Assembly (NCBI GenBank): GCA_003697365.1
Contig: RFGP01000037.1
Span: 39,107 to 103,106 of the forward strand
DNA length: 64,000 nucleotides
Reading direction: 5' to 3'
Origin: Chloroflexota bacterium
Lineage (GTDB): Bacteria > Chloroflexota > Anaerolineae > Aggregatilineales > J027
The notes beneath the pieces are model-generated. The model ran no database searches, was not told the DNA's origin, and worked only from the letters and a program-made list of their open reading frames with translations. Numbering within the stretch: the stretch's first letter is position 1; each line of letters opens with the position of its first letter. This document shows, piece by piece, positions 27,976 to 38,087 of this stretch. A program made the translations under genes and the position numbers.

Positions 27976-30162
27976 ATGTCCAAAAAGTTGCTCAGTATCA
28001 TTGTACTCAGTATTTTTCTTTCGGGTTTAGGAACAAGTTTGGCCTCTACTACATCTACCAAGCTACGCTCTACAACTCCACAAGAAACAAATTTCCGCCA
28101 AAATGTCTATATTGAATCTCATCAAGTAGATGTTTCTATACGTGATCAGGTCGCCCGTACACGTATTAAACAAGTATTCGTTAATGAAGGCCCTACACAA
28201 GCTGAAGGTACTTATATTTTCCCCTTGCCTTCAGGTGTGACCATCTCTGATCTAACTATGTATATTGACGGTGTTCCTATTGAAAGTAAAATTTTAGAAC
28301 GCGATGAAGCACGGCGCATCTACGATGAAATTGTCCGTCAATTACGTGACCCCGCCTTATTGGAATACGTAGGTACAAATGCGATTCAAGCAAGCGTTTT
28401 TCCAATTCCCCCTAATGAAAAACGAACGCTAGAAATTGAATACAATCAGCTTTTGACTGTAGAAAATGGTCTCATTCACTATGTATACCCCGTTCGTACA
28501 CGCCATCTCTCAGTATTACCAGTAGGTCAGCTGAGCATCCGTGTAGAAGTAGAATCAAATGATCCTATCAGCAGCATATACTCTCCTAGTCATCGCATTG
28601 CTATTGATCGTGATGGTGAATATCGGTTTGTGGCTGGCTTTGAAACGACAAACACGCTTGAAGCAAATGACTTCAGTCTTTACTATGGCCTTGCGAGCGA
28701 TGAAATCAATCTAAATCTATTGACTTATCGTGAAAGCGCTGATGAAGATGGCTTCTTCCTGCTACTTGTGTCTCCACCTGTTGAGGTTGATACTGAACGG
28801 GTTATTCCTAAAGATGTGACGCTTATTTTAGATCAGTCTGGTTCAATGTATGGGGAAAAATGGGAACAAGCCATCAAAGCTGCTAAATTCGTGCTAGACA
28901 ACCTCAATCCTCAAGATCGTTTTAACATCGTGGTTTTCAGCACCGGCGTGCGAAAATACGCTAATGAAATGCAGCCTATTAGCGAAGTGAACGATGCCAA
29001 AGAATTCTTAGATAACTTAGAGGCAGAGGGTGGTACCAATATTGATGCTGCCTTACAAACAGCTCTAGAAAGCATTGACCGCGAACGCCCAAGCGTTATT
29101 TTATTCCTCACAGATGGGCTTCCAACTGAAGGGGTTACCGATACTGCAGAGATTCTAGAAAACCTCGAAAACTATACCACGCCTAACGTTCGTATTTTTA
29201 CTTTTGGCGTTGGTGATGATGTAGATACCTTCTTACTTGATCAAATCAGCACACGTTATCAAGGGGCTTCAAGTTATGTACGCCCAACAGAAGCTGTAGA
29301 CGAAGCCGTCAGTAGCCTATATAGCAAAATCAGCGCCCCAGTTTTAACAAATGTTGAACTCGAATTTGAGGGGATCAACGTATATGATTTACAGCCTGCT
29401 AACATTACTGATTTGTTTGTAGGTTCACAATTAGTGATTGCTGGGCGCTATCGTGGAAGTGCTGATAATGCCACGCTAAAACTAAGCGGTGAAGTGGATG
29501 ATACAGTACAAACTTTTGTCTACGATGATCTTGAATTCAGGGCGAATGCGGGTGGCGAGGTACTCATCCCGCGCTTGTGGGCAACACGGCGCATCGGTGA
29601 AATGCTAAACGCCATTCGACTTTATGGTGAAAACCAAGAGCTCATTGATAGTATCGTAAGACTTAGCATTCGTTACGGCATCATTACGCCCTATACATCG
29701 TTCCTCATCACTGAAGATGATGTACTCAGCCAAACAGGACGCGAACGTGCCGTTGAAGAAGCAGAAGCAGCTGCTGATGATTTAGGGCGTACAGTTTCTG
29801 GAGAAGCTGCAGTAAACAGCGCTGTACAAACGAATGAAATGCAAGACACAGATTTTGCTGCTGCCCCTTTGCCAACCATGACCAGTCCATCAGCAACCAC
29901 AAACACAACAGCACCTTACGATGGCAACTCAACAATCTATGAACCCATAAGAATAGTGGGAGATCGCACATTTATTTTGCGCGATGGCGTGTGGCTGGAT
30001 ACACTCTATAATCCTGATGAGATGACACCCGTTGAAATCAAATTTTTGAGTGAAGAATACTTCGCGCTGTTAGATGAAGATGAACGAGTTGCCCAGTTTT
30101 ATGCATTGGGTGAGCGTGTAGTTTTTGTACTTGATGGAATTGCCTATGCTGTTATTGAATAA
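27976..30162 (+). CDS. Secreted VIT + von Willebrand factor A domain protein
   Basis: ATG at 27976 lies after AAAGGAG (27962-27968). Signal peptide, then a VIT-like N-terminal domain. The vWA domain has MIDAS residues (LILDQSGSM ... GGTNI ... LTDGLPTEG). Confidence 0.85.
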   Translation: MSKKLLSIIVLSIFLSGLGTSLASTTSTKLRSTTPQETNFRQNVYIESHQVDVSIRDQVARTRIKQVFVNEGPTQAEGTYIFPLPSGVTISDLTMYIDGVPIESKILERDEARRIYDEIVRQLRDPALLEYVGTNAIQASVFPIPPNEKRTLEIEYNQLLTVENGLIHYVYPVRTRHLSVLPVGQLSIRVEVESNDPISSIYSPSHRIAIDRDGEYRFVAGFETTNTLEANDFSLYYGLASDEINLNLLTYRESADEDGFFLLLVSPPVEVDTERVIPKDVTLILDQSGSMYGEKWEQAIKAAKFVLDNLNPQDRFNIVVFSTGVRKYANEMQPISEVNDAKEFLDNLEAEGGTNIDAALQTALESIDRERPSVILFLTDGLPTEGVTDTAEILENLENYTTPNVRIFTFGVGDDVDTFLLDQISTRYQGASSYVRPTEAVDEAVSSLYSKISAPVLTNVELEFEGINVYDLQPANITDLFVGSQLVIAGRYRGSADNATLKLSGEVDDTVQTFVYDDLEFRANAGGEVLIPRLWATRRIGEMLNAIRLYGENQELIDSIVRLSIRYGIITPYTSFLITEDDVLSQTGRERAVEEAEAAADDLGRTVSGEAAVNSAVQTNEMQDTDFAAAPLPTMTSPSATTNTTAPYDGNSTIYEPIRIVGDRTFILRDGVWLDTLYNPDEMTPVEIKFLSEEYFALLDEDERVAQFYALGERVVFVLDGIAYAVIE

Positions 30163-30199
30163 ATAACTCAACAAATCGCAACAAATTCTGAACACAAAA

Positions 30200-30234
30200 A
30201 CAGGCGGTCAAGGGCAAATTGGCTGCCTGTTTTG
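30200..30234 (+). terminator. Rho-independent terminator after the VIT-vWA gene
   Basis: AACAGGCGG (30200-30208) pairs with CTGCCTGTT (30224-30232, one G-U pair), followed by TTTT. Confidence 0.65.
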
Positions 30235-30306
30235 AATTGGCGTTCTGTATACTAAACGTTAAAATGCGAATCAGCGTTCGGTTACCAACGAGAGAATATC
30301 TATACC

Positions 30307-31146
30307 ATGCGAAAAACAAGTTGGCTTATACTACTTTTTGTTGCAATCTGGCTTAATGCCTGTGGTAGTGGAGACAGCAACAACACAAACGAACAACAGC
30401 AACGCCTTTTTGAATGGGATCACAGTAGCGACTTTGTTTTATTTCAGGTAGACGTAATCGATGAAAATCTGCCCGAACCTATCATCGCCAATACAATTCC
30501 TCTATGTACAATTTATGGCGATGGTCGATTGGTCTTCACCAACCCCACTGCGGATAATGAGATAGAAGTATTAGAATCGCGTCTCAATGATGCTGATATT
30601 CGTTCTTTCATAGAACAAGTAATTGGGCGAGGATTTTATAGTTGGGAAGATGACGTTTTTAACAATAGCGATCTTAACCGTATTGAGAGCATCTCCTTAA
30701 ACCTATACGCACAACCCCGTACCGTTGAACGTTATGGCGACTGGCCTAATAATAGTTTTGAAATTCTTTTAGAAGATTGTCGTAATCTTAGCCCACAACG
30801 AGCGTTGGTTATTCCCTTTAATGGCGGGTGGTTGCGTGCTTACCCGCTTGAAAGTTATGACCGTACAGGCGAATACCTTGAATGGCCGCGACGTATCCCT
30901 TTTACACTAGAAGATGTTGCCAATAGCGGCAGCCCACAATGGGTTAGTGATCCAACGATTGCTGCATATTTATGGAATATCATTCTCACGCAACGCCCCA
31001 TTCCGATAGTAATCCGCGATCAAGCCTTTTTGATCACGTTTCAAGTGCCCGGCATATCTCGCACATCACCACCGCCCCCGACTGACTTAACAAATGCCTT
31101 ACCAACACTCGCTCCTCTTCCCACTGAAGAAGACGAAGACAATTAA
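30307..31146 (+). CDS. Hypothetical lipoprotein
   Basis: Signal peptide with lipobox LNAC and a Pro-rich acidic tail. No recognisable family. Confidence 0.5.
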   Translation: MRKTSWLILLFVAIWLNACGSGDSNNTNEQQQRLFEWDHSSDFVLFQVDVIDENLPEPIIANTIPLCTIYGDGRLVFTNPTADNEIEVLESRLNDADIRSFIEQVIGRGFYSWEDDVFNNSDLNRIESISLNLYAQPRTVERYGDWPNNSFEILLEDCRNLSPQRALVIPFNGGWLRAYPLESYDRTGEYLEWPRRIPFTLEDVANSGSPQWVSDPTIAAYLWNIILTQRPIPIVIRDQAFLITFQVPGISRTSPPPPTDLTNALPTLAPLPTEEDEDN

Positions 31147-32723
31147 GGCGCTTGGCAATTTTCGTCAAAGTGCAGGCGATAAACCGTCATATTGCCTGCA
31201 CGGCCAGCTTCTAGAGTATAAGGTTCATTGGTGCGATATACCTCTTCAAGACGCGGATCATCAGCAGGCGCAGGTCGTTGCTCCGGAAAAACCATCATCC
31301 ATTGAGCATCACGCTCACAGATAAATTCCATCAGTGCTTCAGGATCAAGAATAATGGGCACTATTTCTGGGGTGATCAAACCTGCGAGATCAAGAATAGG
31401 ACGCGGTGCATAATACCCGACAGCCCCTATATCATGTACTGCCAACAATTCATCGTCAGGCAAATTCTCTGAAATCCATTTCGCCGTTTTGACCATCTCT
31501 GTATTAATGATACGAACATCGCGTCCATATCCAGTTGTGGCACCAATATACAAAAAACCAAAAATTGCCAATATTGCACTCAGTGCTAGTACTCGACTAA
31601 AAACTCTTGGCAACATGCGTTCTTTTGCTACATCAACCATGTAATACATCCCGCCATATCCAAAGAGAAACAGTGGCGGCAAAATAGGCATCACATAACG
31701 CCCATGTTGATAAGGCGCAGGCAAACGCCATGCATACAAGGTTAAATGTGCAAAAGCCCACACAAGAGGCAACATCAATAACCAACGTTTAGACGAATCA
31801 AAACGTCGCCAAACAAGCCATATTCCAATGATAATCATCGGATACCATAAAAACTGCGCTCCTGCACTAATCGTCAGCAAGAGTTTAAAGTAACGTATAC
31901 CAATGAACTCTTCTCTTAGGGCTGCTTGTTCAGCAATTTTGGCTTGAGCGGTTGTTGGCAAAATACGCCCCGTAAGTGCGTAATTTAACGCAGAAAACGG
32001 AATCACAATCATCATAAAACCGATAACAACACCACTCGCCCACCACAAATAAGATTTGCGTGTGGAGTGCGCCCCACTTAGCAATACCAATAACCCCGCT
32101 AAGCCAACCAAGCCAATCCCTTCAGGGCGTGTAAGATACAACAACGCGCCCAAAAAGCCTACCCAAGCTCCCCTCCCAAATAGGCGTTGGGGCTGGTGTG
32201 GATGCTTCAGCGGATCGATCTCATGCCATGTATAGGCAATAATCGCTAGACTTAACGCCATAAATTGCATAGTTTCCATGCCACTTGCAGCCGCCCAAAC
32301 CAAATGCCAGCTTGTCGCTATGATCAAGCCTGTACCTAATCCTATAAATGGTGTAGTAGGAAAAAGTCTTCTTGCTAGGCGCACGCTAACCGCTGCGGCC
32401 GCAAAAAGAGATAAGATGCCCAATGTATGCGCCCAAACATAGGGAGATAATCCTATTGCATGTCCAATAGCCAATAATGCGCTATATAATGGCGCGGTTG
32501 AGGCCGCAGAAGTTTCGCCTCGTATAAATGCCCATTCACCATATAACCCTAAATTACGAGCATAAGTTTGATGAATCCATGAGTCATCAAGCGGAAAGCC
32601 GATTGCATTCATCTGTATAGCAGCGAACACAAAAACCAAGACGTTAAGCGCGCATACGACAAATAAAATGCTATCCGTTATCCGCTTGGCACGAGGTGTT
32701 AAATTGATAGATTCGGATGTCAT
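31143..32723 (-). CDS. Polytopic membrane protein, GT-C-like (ArnT/PMT-like) putative glycosyltransferase
   Basis: More than 10 hydrophobic segments. Acidic loop motif FPLDDSWIH follows TM1, and there is a soluble C-terminal domain of about 130 aa. I chose the ATG at 32723; the track start at 32798 lies 128 nt inside the upstream gene. Confidence 0.5.
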   Translation of the reverse strand: MTSESINLTPRAKRITDSILFVVCALNVLVFVFAAIQMNAIGFPLDDSWIHQTYARNLGLYGEWAFIRGETSAASTAPLYSALLAIGHAIGLSPYVWAHTLGILSLFAAAAVSVRLARRLFPTTPFIGLGTGLIIATSWHLVWAAASGMETMQFMALSLAIIAYTWHEIDPLKHPHQPQRLFGRGAWVGFLGALLYLTRPEGIGLVGLAGLLVLLSGAHSTRKSYLWWASGVVIGFMMIVIPFSALNYALTGRILPTTAQAKIAEQAALREEFIGIRYFKLLLTISAGAQFLWYPMIIIGIWLVWRRFDSSKRWLLMLPLVWAFAHLTLYAWRLPAPYQHGRYVMPILPPLFLFGYGGMYYMVDVAKERMLPRVFSRVLALSAILAIFGFLYIGATTGYGRDVRIINTEMVKTAKWISENLPDDELLAVHDIGAVGYYAPRPILDLAGLITPEIVPIILDPEALMEFICERDAQWMMVFPEQRPAPADDPRLEEVYRTNEPYTLEAGRAGNMTVYRLHFDENCQAP

Positions 32724-34239
32724 CTTCAAGCGTTTCTGTTCCTCGATCAAGATGTATAATTTCTTCAAGAAAATCAGGTGGCGTGATGCTGCCTTCAAAT
32801 AAGGGAGAAAAACTTTCTGTCACATTAACATCGAGCACAAGATGCGTAATACAATAACGACTCGCAATCTCCGAAACACGCTCCAATGGAGTGTCAGGAA
32901 GGGTGACCCCGCTTTGTTTTAAAAAGTAATACCATGTTGGGGGTGAATTCACCATTAGCACTGCATCCGATGGCAAATATCGCTCCGATAAACGAATATA
33001 ATCAGGAGCATATCCGTCCATTTTCACATTTTGAAGACGGCTTAAGCCAATTGCAACAGCTAATAAGATTGCTGCTGTGCGAAAAACCGTTTTTGCTTGT
33101 CCGATAGGCCAATTGCGTAAGCGTGCTAATGCACCAATCGCATCATCTAGCCCCAGCAAAGCTAGCGCCATCCAAAACGGAAATAAAGCCGTTGATGAAT
33201 GCAACAAGCCTCCTCGATAGCCTGCAAAAGGAAAAATAATAGTCATCATAAAATGCAATAAAAGCACATACCACCCAAAGCCCAGCAATAAAACATTGCT
33301 ACGATTCCGCCACCACGCCCACAACGCTAATGGCCCTAAAAGCACCATGCCTTCAACTGCTAGCCACGTCAAAAAATTAATGCCGCCAGCCTGTAACCTT
33401 GACTCTAAGATGTTTCCTATGCCCCAAGCCCAAAATTTCTCAAATGACCAATCTGCAGGATAAGCGAAGAATTCGTTATAATCACGCAATAAAGCCGTCC
33501 GAGCCCCACCCGTCGGAAAAAGCGTGCCTAACACATTCAAATTACGCACTATCCAAGGCAACATGACCACACTATATGCCAACGCCAACGCTAATGTTGC
33601 ACGCCAACGCGCTTGACGTTTTAGCGCAGAATTTCCTTGCCACACAACAATCAGAGCTACTAAGCCAAGCAATGCGCCATCAGAGCGCGTTAAGTGTGCC
33701 AATCCTATGAGTACACCACACGCTATAAACCAACGCCAATCTCCATCACGCCGACCCAACCCCATTGTGATCAATGCGCTACACCCAAGTAGACCATATA
33801 ACGCGAAATGATCGGTCGTAAGCCAAAATGATAAATAATAACCTCCCCCCATCACCAATAACGCGGAGAGCCAGCCATAGATACGTTTTTGTCCTAACAC
33901 ACTTCCCAACCAAGCAGACAAAAGACTAAGCCCAATAAATGCAATAAGTGAGGGAATTTGTGCAACTGTAAAGCCAATTCCAAACAACTTTAAGCTAGCA
34001 GCAATAAGTAATGAAGTGAGGGGCATCCAGTAAGTGTGGCTAGGAAACGGCAATGATTCAGGCAAATAAATATAATTCACCAAATACGGATCAGTGAGCC
34101 CTTTCCCAGTTGCCAGACGCTCACCCGCATTGTAGTAATAATAAGCATCTGTATAGCCGGGCTCATTAATGACAAGTAGCAAACCTACTCCGACCAATAA
34201 TGCTATGAATGCTATCAAAATATAATCGTGCCGTGTCAT
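32671..34239 (-). CDS. Polytopic membrane protein, GT39/PMT_2-like putative glycosyltransferase
   Basis: More than 10 hydrophobic segments, with loop motif PGYTDAYYYYNAG after TM1. The ATG at 34239 forms an ATGA overlap with the upstream stop (34236-34239). Confidence 0.55.
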   Translation of the reverse strand: MTRHDYILIAFIALLVGVGLLLVINEPGYTDAYYYYNAGERLATGKGLTDPYLVNYIYLPESLPFPSHTYWMPLTSLLIAASLKLFGIGFTVAQIPSLIAFIGLSLLSAWLGSVLGQKRIYGWLSALLVMGGGYYLSFWLTTDHFALYGLLGCSALITMGLGRRDGDWRWFIACGVLIGLAHLTRSDGALLGLVALIVVWQGNSALKRQARWRATLALALAYSVVMLPWIVRNLNVLGTLFPTGGARTALLRDYNEFFAYPADWSFEKFWAWGIGNILESRLQAGGINFLTWLAVEGMVLLGPLALWAWWRNRSNVLLLGFGWYVLLLHFMMTIIFPFAGYRGGLLHSSTALFPFWMALALLGLDDAIGALARLRNWPIGQAKTVFRTAAILLAVAIGLSRLQNVKMDGYAPDYIRLSERYLPSDAVLMVNSPPTWYYFLKQSGVTLPDTPLERVSEIASRYCITHLVLDVNVTESFSPLFEGSITPPDFLEEIIHLDRGTETLEDDIRIYQFNTSCQADNG

Positions 34240-35717
34240 ACCCCACTTATCCGCTGAAAAATAATCGCTAGATCGTCCTCGTAGATAATTTGCCATTCTT
34301 CGGTTTTTTCACGCAAAAGTGTAGCAAGTGCTGTTGCTTCTTGAATAACCACCAATTGAATATCATAGCGAACTAAAACCGATTCCCACTCTTTTGCCCC
34401 CAAAATGGCACGTACATAATCCGTCAAAAAGTCATCGCCATATAAATCAGTACGCCCATCAACAAACACTGGATAGTTAGGTAAGGTGAAAATGAAATAA
34501 CCGCCCCAATTATAATCGTTAAACATTGGGCCAGAGAGTTGATGCTCTTGTAGATAAGACACAGCGCCAACTGGCAAATATTCTTCATGTAGTTCTTTGA
34601 CATTTTCGGTCGAAAGAGTATTGCCAATTTGAGCAACAGCAGCAATCAATACAATAATCAAAATTGCGATGTTCAACCGTGCCATCTGCACTGTAACTGT
34701 CTGTGCAGGTATTACGATCCAATTCCGAGACTGTAGCCAATTTTCCACTAGGCGAGATAAAGCTGGTGTTGCCACAATTGCAAAAACGGAGATATTACGC
34801 GATGCCCACAAAGCTAAAGCAGCTGTTCCTGCCACCAAAACTAAATCGCTATATCGCAATTGATGACTTGTACGCCCTGCCAATATGATAAATCCTCCCA
34901 ACATAGCTATGAAAGGCCATGTCTGAGGGTTTTTGAAGTCTGGAGAGCGCCATTCTTGGATGAACAAATTTAATACGCGAATGCCAGCGGTATCGAACGG
35001 ATAGAGTATCATGCGGGGCCCAAAGGGGTTTAGGCTCAAGGCAAAAATTGCCAATAGCGTTATGACGAATAAATAACGTAGTTGAGCAAAATTCAGCGCT
35101 GTTTCGCGATCTAAGAGCCGCTGTATCACTTCTCCCACGATAAAACCAAAGATGATGATAAAGCCTATGGCAAAACCGGCATGAAGATTTACCCAAAATA
35201 TCATCAACACGGGCAAAAGCCAAAGACGATCTACCTGCTTATCACGATATAAATGCAAAATATATAATGTAAGTGTGCCAAATAAAAATGAAAACATTTG
35301 TGGACGTGGCGACCAAAAAACTGTAGCAGTTGCAGCACCAAGCACAAGGACAAACATACGGCTATATACATTCCCAGTACACATGCGATAAATAAAGAAC
35401 ATGCTAATTGTCGCCAACATAGCTGTATAAAGCGCTAATCCAATCGTGCCCGTACTAGCAGGGTCATCGGTGCCACCAGTGAGTTTATAGGCCCCATAAA
35501 GAATAATTTGAGCGCCCCAACTATGATTTATCCAAGTTTGCCCTTGTTGTGTAAACGAAAAAACATCTTCACGTAAAATTGAGCGATCATGCAGTGTTTG
35601 CTCACCGCTACGTAAATGCCACCATGTATCAGTATCAATAGGAACACGAATGGCTAAAGAGAACAGCAAAATAAATAAAATAATACTTGCAAGTCGTTCT
35701 ATAGTTAACTTTTGCAC
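34236..35717 (-). CDS. Polytopic membrane protein with a DxDxWWH loop motif, GT-C-like
   Basis: 493 aa with more than 10 hydrophobic segments. PIDTDTWWHLRSGE follows TM1. First gene of a three-gene operon. Confidence 0.45.
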   Translation of the reverse strand: MQKLTIERLASIILFILLFSLAIRVPIDTDTWWHLRSGEQTLHDRSILREDVFSFTQQGQTWINHSWGAQIILYGAYKLTGGTDDPASTGTIGLALYTAMLATISMFFIYRMCTGNVYSRMFVLVLGAATATVFWSPRPQMFSFLFGTLTLYILHLYRDKQVDRLWLLPVLMIFWVNLHAGFAIGFIIIFGFIVGEVIQRLLDRETALNFAQLRYLFVITLLAIFALSLNPFGPRMILYPFDTAGIRVLNLFIQEWRSPDFKNPQTWPFIAMLGGFIILAGRTSHQLRYSDLVLVAGTAALALWASRNISVFAIVATPALSRLVENWLQSRNWIVIPAQTVTVQMARLNIAILIIVLIAAVAQIGNTLSTENVKELHEEYLPVGAVSYLQEHQLSGPMFNDYNWGGYFIFTLPNYPVFVDGRTDLYGDDFLTDYVRAILGAKEWESVLVRYDIQLVVIQEATALATLLREKTEEWQIIYEDDLAIIFQRISGV

Positions 35718-35866
35718 GCTTTTTTCCTTGCTGTTGCTATGTTATAGAAAACCGCGCTTATACGCATTAATGCTACCCGATTTCCTCTAAAAACGCATTC
35801 AACCTTGAAAAATAAGCACTTTCAGAGCACAATTCGGCAAATTTGAACATCCAATTCGGAGGAACA

Positions 35867-36643
35867 ATGGCAGAAGAGTTAACAATTCCCACTTGGCGAC
35901 AAGCACTTAGCGAACGCTCACACCCGCTCTATGAGGCTGCTTGGGTGATCTTCAAGATGCATAGTGTAGATTTTGCATCCGAGCTCTTAGAAGAGAACAA
36001 AGAAGCGGTTATATCACTCATTAAAGAAATTCTGGAAAGCGACGAACTCTATATCAATGATGGATTTGGTAGTGGACAAGCACCTGTCAACGCGATTCGC
36101 CTTATTGGTCATTGGAAATTAGAAGAGTTCTTACCGCAATTATTAGAGATAATTGCAGACACACCAGAGCAACGCCCGGCCTATGGCGCTGCGTTAAACG
36201 CTGTAGCAAATTTGGGCGAATCTGTCATCGATGCAGTGTTAGCGTGGGTTGAGGAAGATGAATCTTTACGTCCTGATGCAGCTAAAATTCTGCAGCGTGT
36301 AGGACTCAATAATGACAAGGCTTTTGATGCTATTCAAAGCTGGATCGACATTAACGATCCACAAATGGTATCAACTTACACGAATTATTTGATTAGTATC
36401 AATCCAGCACGCGCTGAGTATGTTATCGACGATCTCTCCCGTAATCGTGATTTAGATAAGGGATTGCGTAAGCAACTCAAAAATAAGGTCAATGAAGCTC
36501 GTCAGCGTCAACAAGCACTCAAAGAACTAGAAGCCTCAGCAACAAAGGCTGCTGAAGAACTGGTAGAAGCTGCAGAAACGCTCCAGCCCTCAAGTGAGGA
36601 AGATGATACACCAGAAGCGAACACTGAAGAGGAAGCTGAGTAA
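35867..36643 (+). CDS. Acidic cytoplasmic helical-repeat protein (DUF1186-like?)
   Basis: ATG at 35867 lies after GGAGG (35858-35862). There is no TM segment; the sequence is helical with a Glu/Asp-rich C-terminal tail. The family call is tentative. Confidence 0.45.
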   Translation: MAEELTIPTWRQALSERSHPLYEAAWVIFKMHSVDFASELLEENKEAVISLIKEILESDELYINDGFGSGQAPVNAIRLIGHWKLEEFLPQLLEIIADTPEQRPAYGAALNAVANLGESVIDAVLAWVEEDESLRPDAAKILQRVGLNNDKAFDAIQSWIDINDPQMVSTYTNYLISINPARAEYVIDDLSRNRDLDKGLRKQLKNKVNEARQRQQALKELEASATKAAEELVEAAETLQPSSEEDDTPEANTEEEAE

Positions 36644-36656
36644 ATAGGCTTCAGCA

Positions 36657-38087
36657 TTAAGAGCCGCTTAATGACACAATCGTCCCCAATGTACGCAGGA
36701 TAATCACAATATCCAAAAGTAAAGATTGGTGACGAATATAATACAAATCGTATTGGAGCTTAATTAGCGCATCTTCAACAGTGCGGCCATAGGGATAGCG
36801 TACTTGTGCCCAACCTGTCGCCCCCGGCCGCACTACCAATCTCGCTCGATAAAACGGTATTTCTTTAGCAAGTTGTTCTACAAAATAGGGACGTTCTGCA
36901 CGTGGGCCAACAAGGCTCATCTCTCCACGTAAGATATTGATAAACTGCGGCAATTCATCAAGCCGACTTTTACGCAAAAAAGCTCCTACGCGCGTGACAC
37001 GCGGATCGCGTTCAGTTGCCCATTGTGGGCCACTATGTTTTTCCGCATCTTTAATCATCGTGCGCAGTTTAATTATTTTGAACGGTTTGCCCCCCTTGCC
37101 CAAGCGTTCTTGAGTATAAAAAATCGGCCCTGCTGAATCTAAGCGGATTGCCAGCGCTAAAAAAGGCAATATAGCAATAAATATGCTTATGCCCACCAAA
37201 GAAACGCCAATATCCATTAAGCGCTTCAGTGGCACAAAAGGATCGAATATCGAAACAGATTCAATTGGCAAAATGAGCTTCCAATCGTCACGATCCACGT
37301 GTTGAATAGGCACCCGCCCAGTAATTTGTTCGTATAAAAAAGGCATCGGCGTGATAGCAATGCCTTTCTCATAGCTGGCCATCAATCCTTCAAAAATATC
37401 AGACGGAAGATGACTAGTATCGTAGGCTAGAATAATTTCAGAAATTGCGTTTTGCATTACAATATCAGCAAGTTGTTTACCATTGCCCAACACGGGAACT
37501 TCATCGGTTAATGTATCTCTTGGGTCATGGTTCGCAATGATACCGATCACCTCATAATCATCTGCGGCTTCATTTTTTAAGGTTTGGATAATGGTACGTG
37601 CGGCCCAATTCGCTCCCACTACTACCACACGGCGTTTTGCACCAATACGCTTAAAGATAAGCAACCACAGCACTAAACGCCACAATAAAATACTCAAAAA
37701 TAACAGTGCGCCATAATACAGAATAAACAAACGCGGCAAAGCATTGCGCGGAGACAAGAAAAATACCACCAAGTAAAAAATCAGCAGTTGCCCTGTAATA
37801 AACCCCAATCGATTTAAGCTGCGCGATAAATCGCTTGATATTCGCAGATCGTAAAAGTCATTGACGCTGGCCAATAACAGCCATACCACCACTAAAATGG
37901 GTATCCAATAAGCATTATCAATCACAAAATCGGTGCGGAAGGGTGTTCCATCCACCAATGCCCAAATACGCAATGCTACTAAAGCGGCGATCATTACGCC
38001 CAGTATATCGCCTAAGCGTAAAAGGGTTCTTCGTTCTGCAATGCTAAGTTGTAAGGCGTTGTTGTTCATTGGTATTAAATAGTCCAA
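36657..38087 (-). CDS. Polyprenyl-phosphate glycosyl-1-phosphate transferase (WbaP/CpsE-type sugar transferase)
   Basis: N-terminal TM segments, a Rossmann-like RRVVVVGANWAART region, and a Bac_transf core (KSRLDELPQFINILRGEMSLVGPRAERP). An alternative ATG is at 38069. Confidence 0.85.
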   Translation of the reverse strand: MDYLIPMNNNALQLSIAERRTLLRLGDILGVMIAALVALRIWALVDGTPFRTDFVIDNAYWIPILVVVWLLLASVNDFYDLRISSDLSRSLNRLGFITGQLLIFYLVVFFLSPRNALPRLFILYYGALLFLSILLWRLVLWLLIFKRIGAKRRVVVVGANWAARTIIQTLKNEAADDYEVIGIIANHDPRDTLTDEVPVLGNGKQLADIVMQNAISEIILAYDTSHLPSDIFEGLMASYEKGIAITPMPFLYEQITGRVPIQHVDRDDWKLILPIESVSIFDPFVPLKRLMDIGVSLVGISIFIAILPFLALAIRLDSAGPIFYTQERLGKGGKPFKIIKLRTMIKDAEKHSGPQWATERDPRVTRVGAFLRKSRLDELPQFINILRGEMSLVGPRAERPYFVEQLAKEIPFYRARLVVRPGATGWAQVRYPYGRTVEDALIKLQYDLYYIRHQSLLLDIVIILRTLGTIVSLSGS

